Of a stretch of DNA of 64,000 nucleotides, positions 13,501-24,899 are shown one piece after another; within the stretch, counting starts at the first letter, position 1, and every line of letters starts with the position of its first letter. The notes beneath the pieces were generated by a model. That model was not told where the DNA came from, did not search any database, and saw only the letters and a list, made by a program, of their open reading frames with translations. The stretch comes from Macrostomum lignano. Taxonomy: Eukaryota. The DNA lies in NCBI GenBank assembly GCA_002269645.1, contig NIVC01000013.1:1-64000 (forward strand). The letters run 5' to 3'. The translations under genes were made by a program, and so were the position numbers.

Positions 13501-16500
13501 CGGCGCAAAAATTCATATTTTAGCTTCGCGCATAGTGCACACTCCAAAAATACGCTGAAATATATTCTTGCGCACATGTGACATCTTCCTAAGTATGGAT
13601 GCTAGGTATATTTTCTTAGGAGTAATGCACCAACTGTGCATGTCTACTTTTGGTATGCAAGGCTAATGCATGCCCTAAATTTTTGGATGTATACTAAATG
13701 ATCCAAAGTGTGGAAGTCAAGATCATGTAATATTTATACTTGAAAATTTTAATATTTAAGAAAAGGAATACTAAAAAATAGTGAATTTTTACTAAACCGA
13801 AAAAACTTTTTAACTACTATTGTTTTATTTTTATTTCTTAAAAAATTTAAACAATTACTTTTTCAAAAGGCTAAGAGCTAATATTTAGTATGATTTTGTT
13901 CTAACTTAAAGATACCATTGGGGTCCAATGGACACCAAAATCTTTCAAGGGTTAAATGGAAAATTACTGACTTTTGTATTTTTTTTCAAAAAGTTGCAGT
14001 ACATAGTGTCCACACTCCAGATCATGTAGTATATGCCCAAAAATTCGGGTGTGCATTGGCCATGCACGCCAAAATGAGGCGTGCATAGTTGGCGTGCATC
14101 ACTCCTGAGAAAATAGGATGCTTGCACACCTAGTATGCACTTTATAGACTCACGCGTAAGAGTTAATGTAAAGTAGAAAAAAAGTGAAAAAAAAACTTTT
14201 TTTAAGCGCAAATTTCAAGCTTTCCGGTTTTTTCAAGCTTGTAAAAGAGAATTTAAACAAATCTTATTGTGTATTAATCTTCCGCTCTAAATAGTATCGC
14301 CGAAAAAGCATAAAAAGCAACCAAATTATCTGGTAAGAAGGGTCTATTATGCAATTTAAAAAAAGTATTTTATTGTCACAATGTAAAAAGGTCATTTATT
14401 GTCACAACACCGGCGTATTTTTGAGAATGGGCATGCACTACATTTTTTTTAGAGTGCATTTGTAATTATTCAATTTTTGTTCGGGCGTGCACCCAGCATG
14501 ATCCAGACTATGGCATGGTGTGAGCAAACTTTTTATTAGTAATAGTTCCAGTGCAGGCATGCCATGATCCTGACTATAAGATTCAATTTTCTTATCTAAT
14601 TTCAATATTCTTGGAACTTCATCACTGTCTTGAATCAGTAATATTGTTACTTTTTAAAAAAAATTTTGTAGTTTTCCACCATAAGAGGGGGGTCTATATG
14701 CTATAGCTGCCATAGTTCGGAAGGCAACATATATGCTGGGATTTCCTGTTGTATAACAAGGTACCAGTACTTGCCATTTTTGGTATATATCAGCTTATAT
14801 CCTGGTGTATATGATAGTGACATTGTGTCATTGACAGATTGTGTGTCCTCATTTGCAAATAAAATTAAAAATATTAAGAGCATAATGATAGAAGTCTTGT
14901 CTTATATTTGTATAATGATGTTTATGCTTATAAATAACTAGAAAAGATAAAATATCCTTTAAATTGCTTTTTTCCAATATATACACATAACCTAGTCAAA
15001 AATAAAAAAAATTCTCAATTCTATATCTATTCCAATTTTATTGACAATTGATTCTTCTTATAGCTAATGATGTACAATTAGACAACCTAGTAGTTTAACA
15101 TCAAAGTATATCACAACTTACTATTTAGCAAGAGTCTGCTCACCTTTCTCTTTAATAAACTCAATCATCTAGTTCATAATTCATCTCCTTTAGAGTCTAC
15201 TAGATATTGCCCTTTATACTTGGAGTACCCAATAAAGACCAGAGGCTGCAGAGCACAGTGTCCATCTTGTTCCACATATGCCCAACCTCAAAATTTTACC
15301 AGTCCAGTGCAACTTAGTTTTGTCCAGATTTGCAACTTAGTTCCTCCCAATTGCAACTTAGTTCCTCTTGAATCTTGATTGTGACTTAATTATCACTTTG
15401 TATGACTTTTCTTATCTTTTTCTCTTTTCTTCTCTTTCTCTTTCTCTCTCCTCTTTCCCTTCTCTCTCTTCTCCCTCCTTTCTTTTCATTTTCTCTTCCT
15501 CTCCTTTCTTCCCCAAATTTTCATTTTTCACATTTTTAATTCTGCAACTTACCTTGGCTGGTGGCCATTTCACCCATCCAGTTTAGACAGGTCGGATGGG
15601 TGTTGGGCATGTATGTTGCTCCAATTAAGCAGCTTATTTTTTAGATTGAATTTTTTCAATTGTCAAGACCACTGACGACTTGAAAGGTTATCGATTACAG
15701 TGAGTCACATTGTGCAGCCTGCATTCAATGCCAGCATGGCAAACCCAAGGCTATATCTACACATGAGCCTGACATCAGAAGCTTCTGCCACACAATCGTG
15801 GTAGCTAGCCACTCTTGGAACTCTGAAGAGTCTGCCTGCATTAATACTCTAGCATTCTCCAGTCTTATGGGTCTGTTGCACCTGTGGGGTATCACCTTGC
15901 CAATTGGGCTGATATAGAAGGACCGGACCTTAACAACTTCAGAATTAATTGTTGCATCCAATTGTTATATCAGGGAGTAATGGATATACTTTTTACACTT
16001 GGTTGACCATTTTGGGACATTGGCTTCTAGAAGATGGACTTTAGATTTAAGAGTCACATATTAGTAGTGCATTGTCCTATTTGCCTTGCTCTAACTACAG
16101 TAAAGCAAATCTGCAAGTACTGCAAATTGACGTAGGAATTCAATTATCATCTAGATTGTGAGGCCAAGTGTGCTGACTTGTTAATTTTGGTAGCATCTAT
16201 TACATAACCATTTTTAATTATTTTGCCTTTGAAAAGCACACAATGTTATATTTTATTAAGGCAATCCTTGGAAGACTAGCTTATTGGAATTTGCAGCACA
16301 ATTAGACAAATTAGATTAGCAACATTAAAAAAAGGTAAAATAATTGAGAGATTTGGAGTTAAAAAAAATTCCGGTTTTTAGGTTTTTAAAAAACTTGTGC
16401 AGTAGTACATACAGTGAATGCCAATGGAAATATGCACATCTATGCAAACCAGATTGGATGTTCCTGTTTTATGTGCATAAAAAAACTAAAGTATAAATGA

Positions 16501-18267
16501 GGAATTAGCAGTAGCCTGTCACCAGAGCTACAGCTGCAAGTTACATGTATCTACAGATTTATTCAGACAAGTATCTAAGTCTTCTACTTTGTCTATGGTA
16601 CTATGTAATTCATATTGCAACTTTTTATGGCCTATCAAATTCTAATCTAGACTGAAATTATTTGCCAAAATTTGGAACAGAGCGAGCCGCCCAAGATGCT
16701 GTTGACAAAATCGACGAGGTTCAAACGGAGATTGACAAGCTGAACGAGTCTGCTAGCGAAGAGATTCTCAAAGTTGAGCAAAAGTACAACAAGCTGCGTC
16801 AGCCGCATTTCGTCAAACGATCCGAGCTGATTGCTAAAATACCGAACTTCTGGGTTACTGCGTTTGTCAATCATCCCCAGGTGTCCAGCATGCTTACTGA
16901 GGATGACGAAGACATTCTGCAGTACCTGAAGAAAGTTGACGTCACCGAGTTTGAGGACATTAAGTCCGGATACAAAGTGTCCTTTGTGAGTGATTTTTTA
17001 ATAATCTTTCATCAATTTAAAATCGGTTAAATAGGGAATAGTTTTTGGGTGAATAAAAGTCACTTATGAAACTACAAAAGTGTATTGTGATTTGATGTAG
17101 TAATCCACTGAGTATTCTGATGAGTGTCAGTCTAGCAATCCACTGAGTATTCAGGTGAGTGTCAGTCTAGCAATCCACTGAATATTCAGATGAGTGTCAG
17201 TCTAGCAATCCACTGAGTATTCAAGTGAGTGTCAGTCTAGCAATCCACTGAGTATTCAGGTGAGTGTCAGTCTAGCAATCCACTGAATATTCAGGTGAGT
17301 GTCAGTTAGCAATCCACTGAATATTCAGGTGAGTGTCAGTCTAGCAATCCACTGAGTATTCAGGTGAGTGTTAGTCTAGCAGTCCAGTGAATATTCAGGT
17401 GAGTGTCAGTCTAGCAATCCAGTGAATATTCAGGTGAGTGTCAGTCTAGCAATCCAGTGAATATTCAGGTGAGTGTCAGTCTAGCAATCCACTGAAAATT
17501 CAGGTGAGTGATAGTCTAGCAATCCAGTGAATATTTATGATGCAATCTACTCTATAATACTAACCAACCCACCCTAAACTGCCCCCAGACTTTCGAAAAG
17601 AACTCCTACTTCAAGAATGAAGTGCTGTGGAAAGAATTCCATCTTGGCGAAGGCGGCGAGCCCCGTACGGAGATTTCGCCAATCGACTGGTATCCGGGCA
17701 AAGATCCCACTAAGAAAGCCGGTTCGGGCGGACCCGGCAAAGCCGGTAAAAAGCGCGGCTATGAAGAAGTCGAATCGTTCTTTGCCTGGTTCACCAGCCA
17801 GGGCGACGCTACCCAGGACGAGCTTGGCGAAGTGATCAAAGACGATATTTGGCCAAATCCGTTGCAGTATTATCTGGCCTCGGAAATGGATGGCAGCGGT
17901 ATGGATGGTGAGTTTCGATTAGCAATTGCATGCGGAGCATCAGGGGGTATCTGTGTGATAACTGAAGCATCAGAGGGTATCTGTGTGATAACTGAAGCAT
18001 CAGGGGGTACCTGTGTGATATCTGAAGCATCAGGGGGGGTACCTGCGTGATATCTGAAGCATTAGAGGGTTCCCTGTGTGATATCTAAAGCATCAGAGGG
18101 TATCTGTGTGATATCTGAAGCATCAGGGGGGTATCTGTGCAGTCACTGAAGCATCGTGGACCCACTAATTCCCCGCAGACGAGGAAGACGACGATGAAGA
18201 AGAGGATCTGGACGAAGAGGACGTCGGTGAAGAGGAAGACAACGCTGACGAAAACGAGGATGATTGA
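10595..18267 (+). CDS. SET: SET / TAF-Ibeta (I2PP2A) histone chaperone, NAP family; exons 10595-10661, 16681-16985, 17589-17907, 18179-18267
   Basis: Recognisable SET sequence: [69 protein letters not shown], plus an acidic tail. All junctions are GT-AG with matching phases (1,0,1). Exon 1 ([10 protein letters not shown]...) is inferred from phase and similarity. AATAAA at 18646. Confidence 0.93.
11065..14512. mobile_element. Fold-back non-autonomous DNA element in SET intron 1, CATAG...CTATG termini (CMC/EnSpm-like by inference)
   Basis: Termini CATAGTCTGGATCATGCTGGGTGCACGCC and GGCGTGCACCCAGCATGATCCAGACTATG, flanked by GC on both sides (possible 2-bp TSD). Diverged inverted similarity continues inward: 11065-11447 plus 13607-13715 versus ~14000-14512. 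Confidence 0.7.
11448..13598. mobile_element. Nested non-autonomous DNA transposon with 8-bp TSD
   Basis: TIR CCATACTTAGGAAG / CTTCCTAAGTATGG. Identical flanking ATGCTAGG at 11440-11447 and 13599-13606. No transposase ORF recognised. Confidence 0.8.
17100..17535. repeat. 35-bp minisatellite in SET intron 2
   Basis: Unit GTGAGTGTCAGTCTAGCAATCCACTGAGTATTCAG. Confidence 0.95.
17930..18160. repeat. 30-bp minisatellite in SET intron 3
   Basis: Unit GAAGCATCAGGGGGTATCTGTGTGATAACT. Confidence 0.9.
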
Positions 18268-19171
18268 GCAGTAGATGGCGAATATTAATACTGGCAATTT
18301 TTGTTTATGCAAAAAACAGTCTGTAAACTGTGAGCCACCCATCCCTAATTTTGGTAGCTGCTGGATAATCCAAAACAATATTCATTTATTCTCATCTTTG
18401 TGCCGCAGTTATTGTCAAATCTGGGAATATTAAAAATATCGCACTATATTTTGGTCTCTATTTTTATGCGCAACTAAAAATTTTAATTCCAATGCTCCGT
18501 CATTTCTACTTACATACACAGGCAGGTAGTGAGTTGTGTACGCTGTGCATTGTTCGTTTCTAAACCAACAAATTTCATCGGAAGCGAAACTTGTTTTCAG
18601 TTGGTTTTTTGTACTAAATCCGGTGTCACTGTTGTGTCGTGTTTTAATAAAAACTATTGATTATGATGTTGGTTTAATGGGTGAATAATGAGTCGCGTAT
18701 TTGAGTAGTGTATGTGGTTTGTTTTATTGGTGTCGTTTGCATTTAGAAAGTTTTTTTTCACAGTTATCATAATAACAAAAGTTATAACTAATAATAAAAT
18801 GTAACTATTTTCGTTTCTAATATAACTAATTAATACTTATAGTAGTACATGCTAAACAGCTGTAATTGGCCAATCGTTAAGTTTGTTAATTATGTTTCTA
18901 TTTTGCAGTTAATTGACCTACTAAATCTACAATACAATAATATATATATGAATAATAATACTAAATGAATAATGCTGCTGTTTGTCGTGTAAAGCTCAGC
19001 TCGGGTCTGTAATGTCTAGGCTTATTTATTAAGTTCCGGGCTATGCGAGTTTGTGGCACACCATTTTCGAAGTTTGTGCTTTTTTACTGGACCTGTTCTC
19101 TATTCTTGTTTTGCTTATTTGACTTTATTTAGATCCTATAGGATTAATAGTTCTTTTTAGTTTAAACGCAA

Positions 19172-19420
19172 TATTGACCTTCAATATACCCTCTACAGAA
19201 TTCCCTCAGTGACACAAGTTTGACATTCAATATACCCTCTACAGAATTCCATCGGTGACACAAGTTTGACCTTCAATATACCCTCTACAGAATTCCCTCA
19301 GTGACACAAGTTTGACATTCAATATACCCTCTACAGAATTTCCTCAGTGACACAAGTTTGACCTTCAATATACCCTCTACAGAATTCCCTCAGTGACACA
19401 AGTTTGACCCTCAACATACC
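19172..19420. repeat. 46-bp minisatellite
   Basis: Unit TTGACCTTCAATATACCCTCTACAGAATTCCCTCAGTGACACAAGT, about 5 copies. Confidence 0.95.
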
Positions 19421-19656
19421 CTTCAAAGAATTATGAATTTATCATTATTATGACTAAGAGTTTTATTAATTTCTGGACATTTCTACTTGAAGTAGCATAT
19501 TGATTTTTTATTCATGAAACATCGTAACAACTTAAAAAACACGCACCGATTATCAAGACGATATTTCAAAATGAAGTTTTAATTCATGGCGTTTTCAAGA
19601 TTTCATTTTCCGTGTAAGTGCATATCAGCATTCAAGTAATTATATCGGTATCTATA

Positions 19657-19730
19657 ATGATGATAACTAATGGGAATCTCTCTAAAGCTTTACATAAGCT
19701 ACTGATTACAGTATCATGCGCGTCGTCTGA
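19657..19730 (+). ncRNA. Box C/D snoRNA copy 1 (SNORD79-like D' guide plus second 28S guide)
   Basis: C box ATGATGA; guide TGGGAATCTC + D' CTAA; C'-like CTGATTA; guide TCATGCGCGTC + D box CTGA. Guides are complementary to conserved LSU rRNA GAGAUUCCCA and GACGCGCAUGA. Confidence 0.9.
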
Positions 19731-20019
19731 CTAAGAGAACTTTTAGATAAACAAGTTATAAAAAGCTTTATTTGTTTATAGTAATTATAATATTTATCTT
19801 TATTTTTAGATATTTCTAGAGATACGGATTGGAGCTGAATACATGCGGTTGTAATTTCCAGTTCAACAAATGTAAGGTGCATGATTATTATCTATGTAAA
19901 ACTAATTTTTTATGTTTTTATGTTTGTTTCACTAGTAAATAGTCAGTTAGTATCTATATAAAACAACTTTTATAATTCCTTTAAAAATCACTACAATAAC
20001 CGCTCTTTAACTCCTTAAA

Positions 20020-21480
20020 AACATTGCCCTTAAACCCCTTTTAAGAATGGCCCTTAACTCCCCTCCTAGAGTGGCCCTTAAGCCCCTTCCAAGAATGGCC
20101 CTTAAGCCCCTTCCAAGAATGGCCCTTAAGCCCCTTCCAAGAATGGCCCTTAAACCCCTTCCAAGAATGACCCTTAAGCCCCTTCCAAGAATGGCCCTTA
20201 AACCCCTTCCAAGAATGGCCCTTAAACCCCTTCCAAGAATGGCCCTTAAGCCCCTTCCAAGAATGGCCCTTAAGCCCCTTCCAAGAATGGCCCTTAAGCC
20301 CCTTCCAAGAATGGCCCTTAAACCCCTTCCAAGAATGGCCCTTAAGCCCCTTCCAAGAATGGCCCTTAAGCCCCTTCCAAGAATGGCCCTTAAACCCCTT
20401 CCAAGAATGGCCCTTAAACCCCTTCCAAGAATGACCCTTAAACCCCTTCCAAGAATGGCCCTTAAACCCCTTCCAAGAATGACCCTTAAACCCCTTCCAA
20501 GAATGTCCCTTAAGCCCCTTCCAAGAATGGCCCTTAAACCCCTTCCAAGAATGACCCTTAAACCCCTTCCAAGAATGGCCCTTAAACCCCTTCCAAGAAT
20601 GACCCTTAAGCCCCTTCCAAGAATGGCCCTTAAACCCCTTCCAAGAATGGCCCTTAAACCCCTTCCAAGAATGGCCCTTAAGCCCCTTCCAAGAATGGCC
20701 CTTAAGCCCCTTCCAAGAATGGCCCTTAAGCCCCTTCCAAGAATGGCCCTTAAACCCCTTCCAAGAATGGCCCTTAAGCCCCTTCCAAGAATGGCCCTTA
20801 AGCCCCTTCCAAGAATGGCCCTTAAACCCCTTCCAAGAATGGCCCTTAAACCCCTTCCAAGAATGACCCTTAAACCCCTTCCAAGAATGGCCCTTAAGCC
20901 CCTTCCAAGAATGACCCTTAAACCCCTTCCAAGAATGTCCCTTAAGCCCCTTCCAAGAATGTCCCTTAAGCCCCTTCCAAGAATGGCCCTTAAACCCCTT
21001 CCAAGAATGTCCCTTAAGCCCCTTCCAAGAATGTCCCTTAAGCCCCTTCCAAGAATGGCCCTTAAACCCCTTCCAAGAATGGCCCTTAAACCCCTTCCAA
21101 GAATGGCCCTTAAACCCCTTCCAAGAATGGTCCTTAAACCCCTTCCAAGAATGGCCCTTAAACCCCTTCCAAGAATGGTCCTTAAACCCCTTCCAAGAAT
21201 GGCCCTTAAACCCCTTCCAAGAATGGCCCTTAAACCCCTTCCAAGAATGGCCCTTAAACCCCTTCCAAGAATGGCCCTTAAGCCCCTTCCAAGAATGGCC
21301 CTTAAACCCCTTCCAAGAATGGCCCTTAAACCCCTTCCAAGAATGGTCCTTAAACCCCTTCCAAGAATGGCCCTTAAACCACTTCCAAGAATGTCCCTTA
21401 AACCCCTTCCAAGAATGGCCCTTAAACCCCTTCCAAGAATGGTCCTTAAACCCCTTCCAAGAATAGGCCTGAAGCCCATT
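20020..21480. repeat. 24-bp minisatellite (host intron 2)
   Basis: Unit AAGAATGGCCCTTAAACCCCTTCC. Confidence 0.97.
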
Positions 21481-21529
21481 CTAAGAAACACACTAAGTAG
21501 TCTGCAGAGCACAAGTACACATTCAAGAA

Positions 21530-21616
21530 ATGATGATAACATTTTGGGAATCTCTCTAAAGCTTCAGATTTTCGAATCTAAAAGCTACTGATTACGAAAT
21601 CATGCGCGTCGTCTGA
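21530..21616 (+). ncRNA. Box C/D snoRNA copy 2
   Basis: Same boxes and guides as copy 1; extended internal hairpin AGATT-TTCG-AATCT. Confidence 0.9.
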
Positions 21617-21879
21617 GTTTTATCTTTAGCTTCATTGCTTATTAAAAACTTTATTGTTATAGCAGTTGGGTTTATTTGATTTTTAATCGTTCGCATTTTT
21701 CAGGTCGCTATTTTTAGAGCGGTTGTGGAATTAGTCTGTTAACTGTAAATATTAGGATGTGGTAAGTAGGATCAATAAAGTGTTGTGAATCTGTTTTAAA
21801 ATTTCTCCATCTTCGACCTTAAATACCCTTAAAAATCGCCATAACCCTTTTTAGCAATTTGCCTGAAGTATTTCTATTA

Positions 21880-22560
21880 ATCGCCCCTAAACCACCCTAA
21901 AAATCGCCCCTAAACTACACTAAGAATCGCCCCTAAACCACCCTAAGAATCGTCCCTAAACTACCCTAAGAGTCGCCCCTAAACCACCCTAAAAATCGTC
22001 CCTAAACCACCCTAAAAATCGCCCTAAACTACCCTAAGAATCGCCCCTAAACTACCCTAAGAATCGCCCCTAAACCACCCTAAGAATCGTCCCTAAACTA
22101 CCCTAAGAATCGCCCCTAAACTACCCTAAAAATCGCCCCTAAACCACCCTAAAAATCGCCCCTAAACTACCCTAAAAATCGCCCCTAAACCACCCTAAAA
22201 ATCGCCCCTAAACCACCCTAAAAATCGCCCCTAAACCACCCTAAAAATCGCCCCTAAACTACCCTAAAAATCGCCCCTAAACCACCCTAAAAATCGCCCC
22301 TAAACCACCCTAAAAATCGCCCCTAAACTACCCTAAAAATCGCCCCTAAACCACCCTAAAAATCGCCCCTAAACCACCCTAAAAATCGCCCCTAAACCAC
22401 CCTAAAAATCGCCCCTAAACTACCCTAAAAATCGCCCCTAAACCACCCTAAAAGTCGCCCCTAAACTACCCTAAGAATCGCCCCTAAACCACCCTAAAAA
22501 TCGCCCCTAAACTACCCTAAGAATCGCCCCTAAACTACCCTAAGAATCGCCCCTAAACCA
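21880..22560. repeat. 23-bp minisatellite (host intron 3)
   Basis: Unit AA(A/G)AATCGCCCCTAAACCACCCT. Confidence 0.97.
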
Positions 22561-22638
22561 GCTCAAGAATCGTTCTTCAACTCTTATAAGAAATGCACAA
22601 AACCAGCTTTAGAGCATTGCATCTTCCAAGTACAATCG

Positions 22639-22717
22639 ATGATGATAATCTATAGGGAATCTCTCTAAAGCTAAGGATATCTAAGCTACTGATTACAAAA
22701 TCATGCGCGTCGTCTGA
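22639..22717 (+). ncRNA. Box C/D snoRNA copy 3
   Basis: ATGATGA...GGGAATCTCTCTAA...CTGATTA...TCATGCGCGTCGTCTGA. Confidence 0.9.
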
Positions 22718-22894
22718 TTTCAAGTTACTTAATATTATTTACAGTAGCCAGTGAAATTTCTACGTGCGAGAAATATGGCAGATTTTTGCGTAATTTCAGA
22801 GCAACGTGGTTTCTGTTAAAAATTTGCGGTTGTTGGCTTGAAATCGGAGATTTAGTGAGTATTTCACACAGTAAACATCACTATTGTCTATAGA

Positions 22895-24240
22895 CCCTGA
22901 CAATCGCCCATAGACAACCCATGAGAAACGGCCATAGACAATCCATGAGAATCGGCCATAGACAATCCATGAGAATCGGCCATAGACAATCCATGAGAAT
23001 CGGCCATAGACAATCCATGAGAATCGGCCATAGACAACCCAAGAGAATCGGCCATAGACAATCCATGAGAATCGGTCATAGACAACCCAAGAGAATCGGC
23101 CATAGACAATCCATGAGAATCGGCCATGGACAACCCAAGAGAATCGCCCATAGACATCCATGAGAAACGGCCATAGACAACCCAAGAGAATCGGCCATAG
23201 ATAGTCCATGATAAACGGCAATAGACAACCCAAGAGAATCGGCCATAGACAATCCATGAAAAACGGCCATAGACAACCCATGAGAATCGTCCATAGACAA
23301 TCCATGAGAATCGGCCATAGACAACCCATGAGAATCAGCCATAGACAATCCATGAGAATCGGCCATAGACAATCCATGAGAATCAGCCATAGACAATCCA
23401 TGAGAATCGGTCATAGACAATCCATGAGAATCGGCCATAGACAACCCATGAGAATCGGCCATAGACAATCCATGAGAATCGGCCATAGACAATCCATGAG
23501 AATCGGCCATAGACAATCCATGAGAATCAGCCATAGACAACCCATGAGAATCGGCCATAGACAATCCATGAGTATCGGCCATAGACAATCCATGAGAATC
23601 AGCCATAGACAATCCATGAGAATCGGCCATAGACAATCCATGAGAATCGGCCATAGACAACCCATGAGAATCGGTCATAGACAACCCAAGAGAATCGGCC
23701 ATAGACAATCCATGAGAATCGGCCATGGACAACCCAAGAGAATCGCCCATAGACATCCATGAGAAACGGCCATAGACAACCCAAGAGAATCGGCCATAGA
23801 TAGTCCATGATAAACGGCAATAGACAACCCAAGAGAATCGGCCATAGACAATCCATGAAAGACGGCCATAGACAACCCATGAGAATCGTCCATAGACAAT
23901 CCATGAGAATCGGCCATAGACAACCCATGAGAATCAGCCATAGACAATCCATGAGAATCGGCCATAGACAATCCATGAGAATCAGCCATAGACAATCCAT
24001 GAGAATCGGCCATAGACAATCCATGAGAATCGGCCATAGACAATCCATGAGAATCGGCCATAGACAACCCATGAGAATCAGCCATAGACAACCCATGAGA
24101 ATCGGCCATAGACAATCCATGAGTATCGGCCATAGACAATCCATGAGAATCAGCCATAGACAATCCATGAGAATCGGCCATAGACAATCCATGAGAATCG
24201 GCCATAGACAACCCAAGAGAATCAAACATAGACAACTCCT
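22895..24240. repeat. 24-bp minisatellite (host intron 4)
   Basis: Unit GAGAATCGGCCATAGACAATCCAT; internal ~600-bp duplication. Confidence 0.97.
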
Positions 24241-24300
24241 AAGAGTCGCTCTCAAACCACCCCTGGAGTTGGCTCATACTTAAAAAATCCCTGTATTTTA

Positions 24301-24384
24301 ATGATGATAACTATTGGGAATCTCTCTAAAGCTTTAGAAATTTAATCTTAAGCTACTGATTACAAAATCATGCGCGTCGTCTGA
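24301..24384 (+). ncRNA. Box C/D snoRNA copy 4
   Basis: Same boxes and guides as copy 1. Confidence 0.9.
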
Positions 24385-24612
24385 CTTGAATTTAACGTTA
24401 TGTTTTATAGTTTTATAGCATTAATACGTTGTCATCATTAATTCTAAAATATCGGTTCGTTCTTTGAAAAAAACTTTCAGATTCGATTCATGTCGGCAGA
24501 TGAAAATTTTCATTGTCTTTCTATCGAGATAAATCATTTCTAGTGCCTCAATCGGACACACAGGTAGGCATACTGTTATGGCACATGAATCTGCTTAATT
24601 TAGTTTTCTTCA

Positions 24613-24694
24613 ATGATGATAACCTTGGGAATCTCTCTAAAGCTTTCAAAATCTTTTGACAGCTTCTGATTACAAAATCATGCGCGTCGTCTGA
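24613..24694 (+). ncRNA. Box C/D snoRNA copy 5 (in a short 222-bp intron)
   Basis: Same boxes and guides; intron 24564-24785. Confidence 0.9.
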
Positions 24695-24899
24695 GTTTTA
24701 ATAATTGACTAATTTTAAATGACGTAAATTTTCATTTTCATGTCAAAATAGACTCAAGCATCTTTTTTATTCCATCTGTTTTTAGATGTACCACATCATT
24801 GCTCCGAAATTTTAACATTGGGCTTGGTTAATCGGTTTAACCAATGTTCCTCGGTATGTCTGCTTTGAACTATTTTGTCTAGTTTGATATTTTTTACTC

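Noticed and set aside
15725-15961. Minus-strand ORF faintly like a Pif1/Helitron helicase or MBD segment
   Set aside because: Similarity is limited to scattered residues; no diagnostic motif.
16662-17030. ORF-track start and end as the SET exon limits
   Set aside because: The 16662 start is TTG in intron sequence and the tail after 16985 is intronic; splice sites define 16681-16985.
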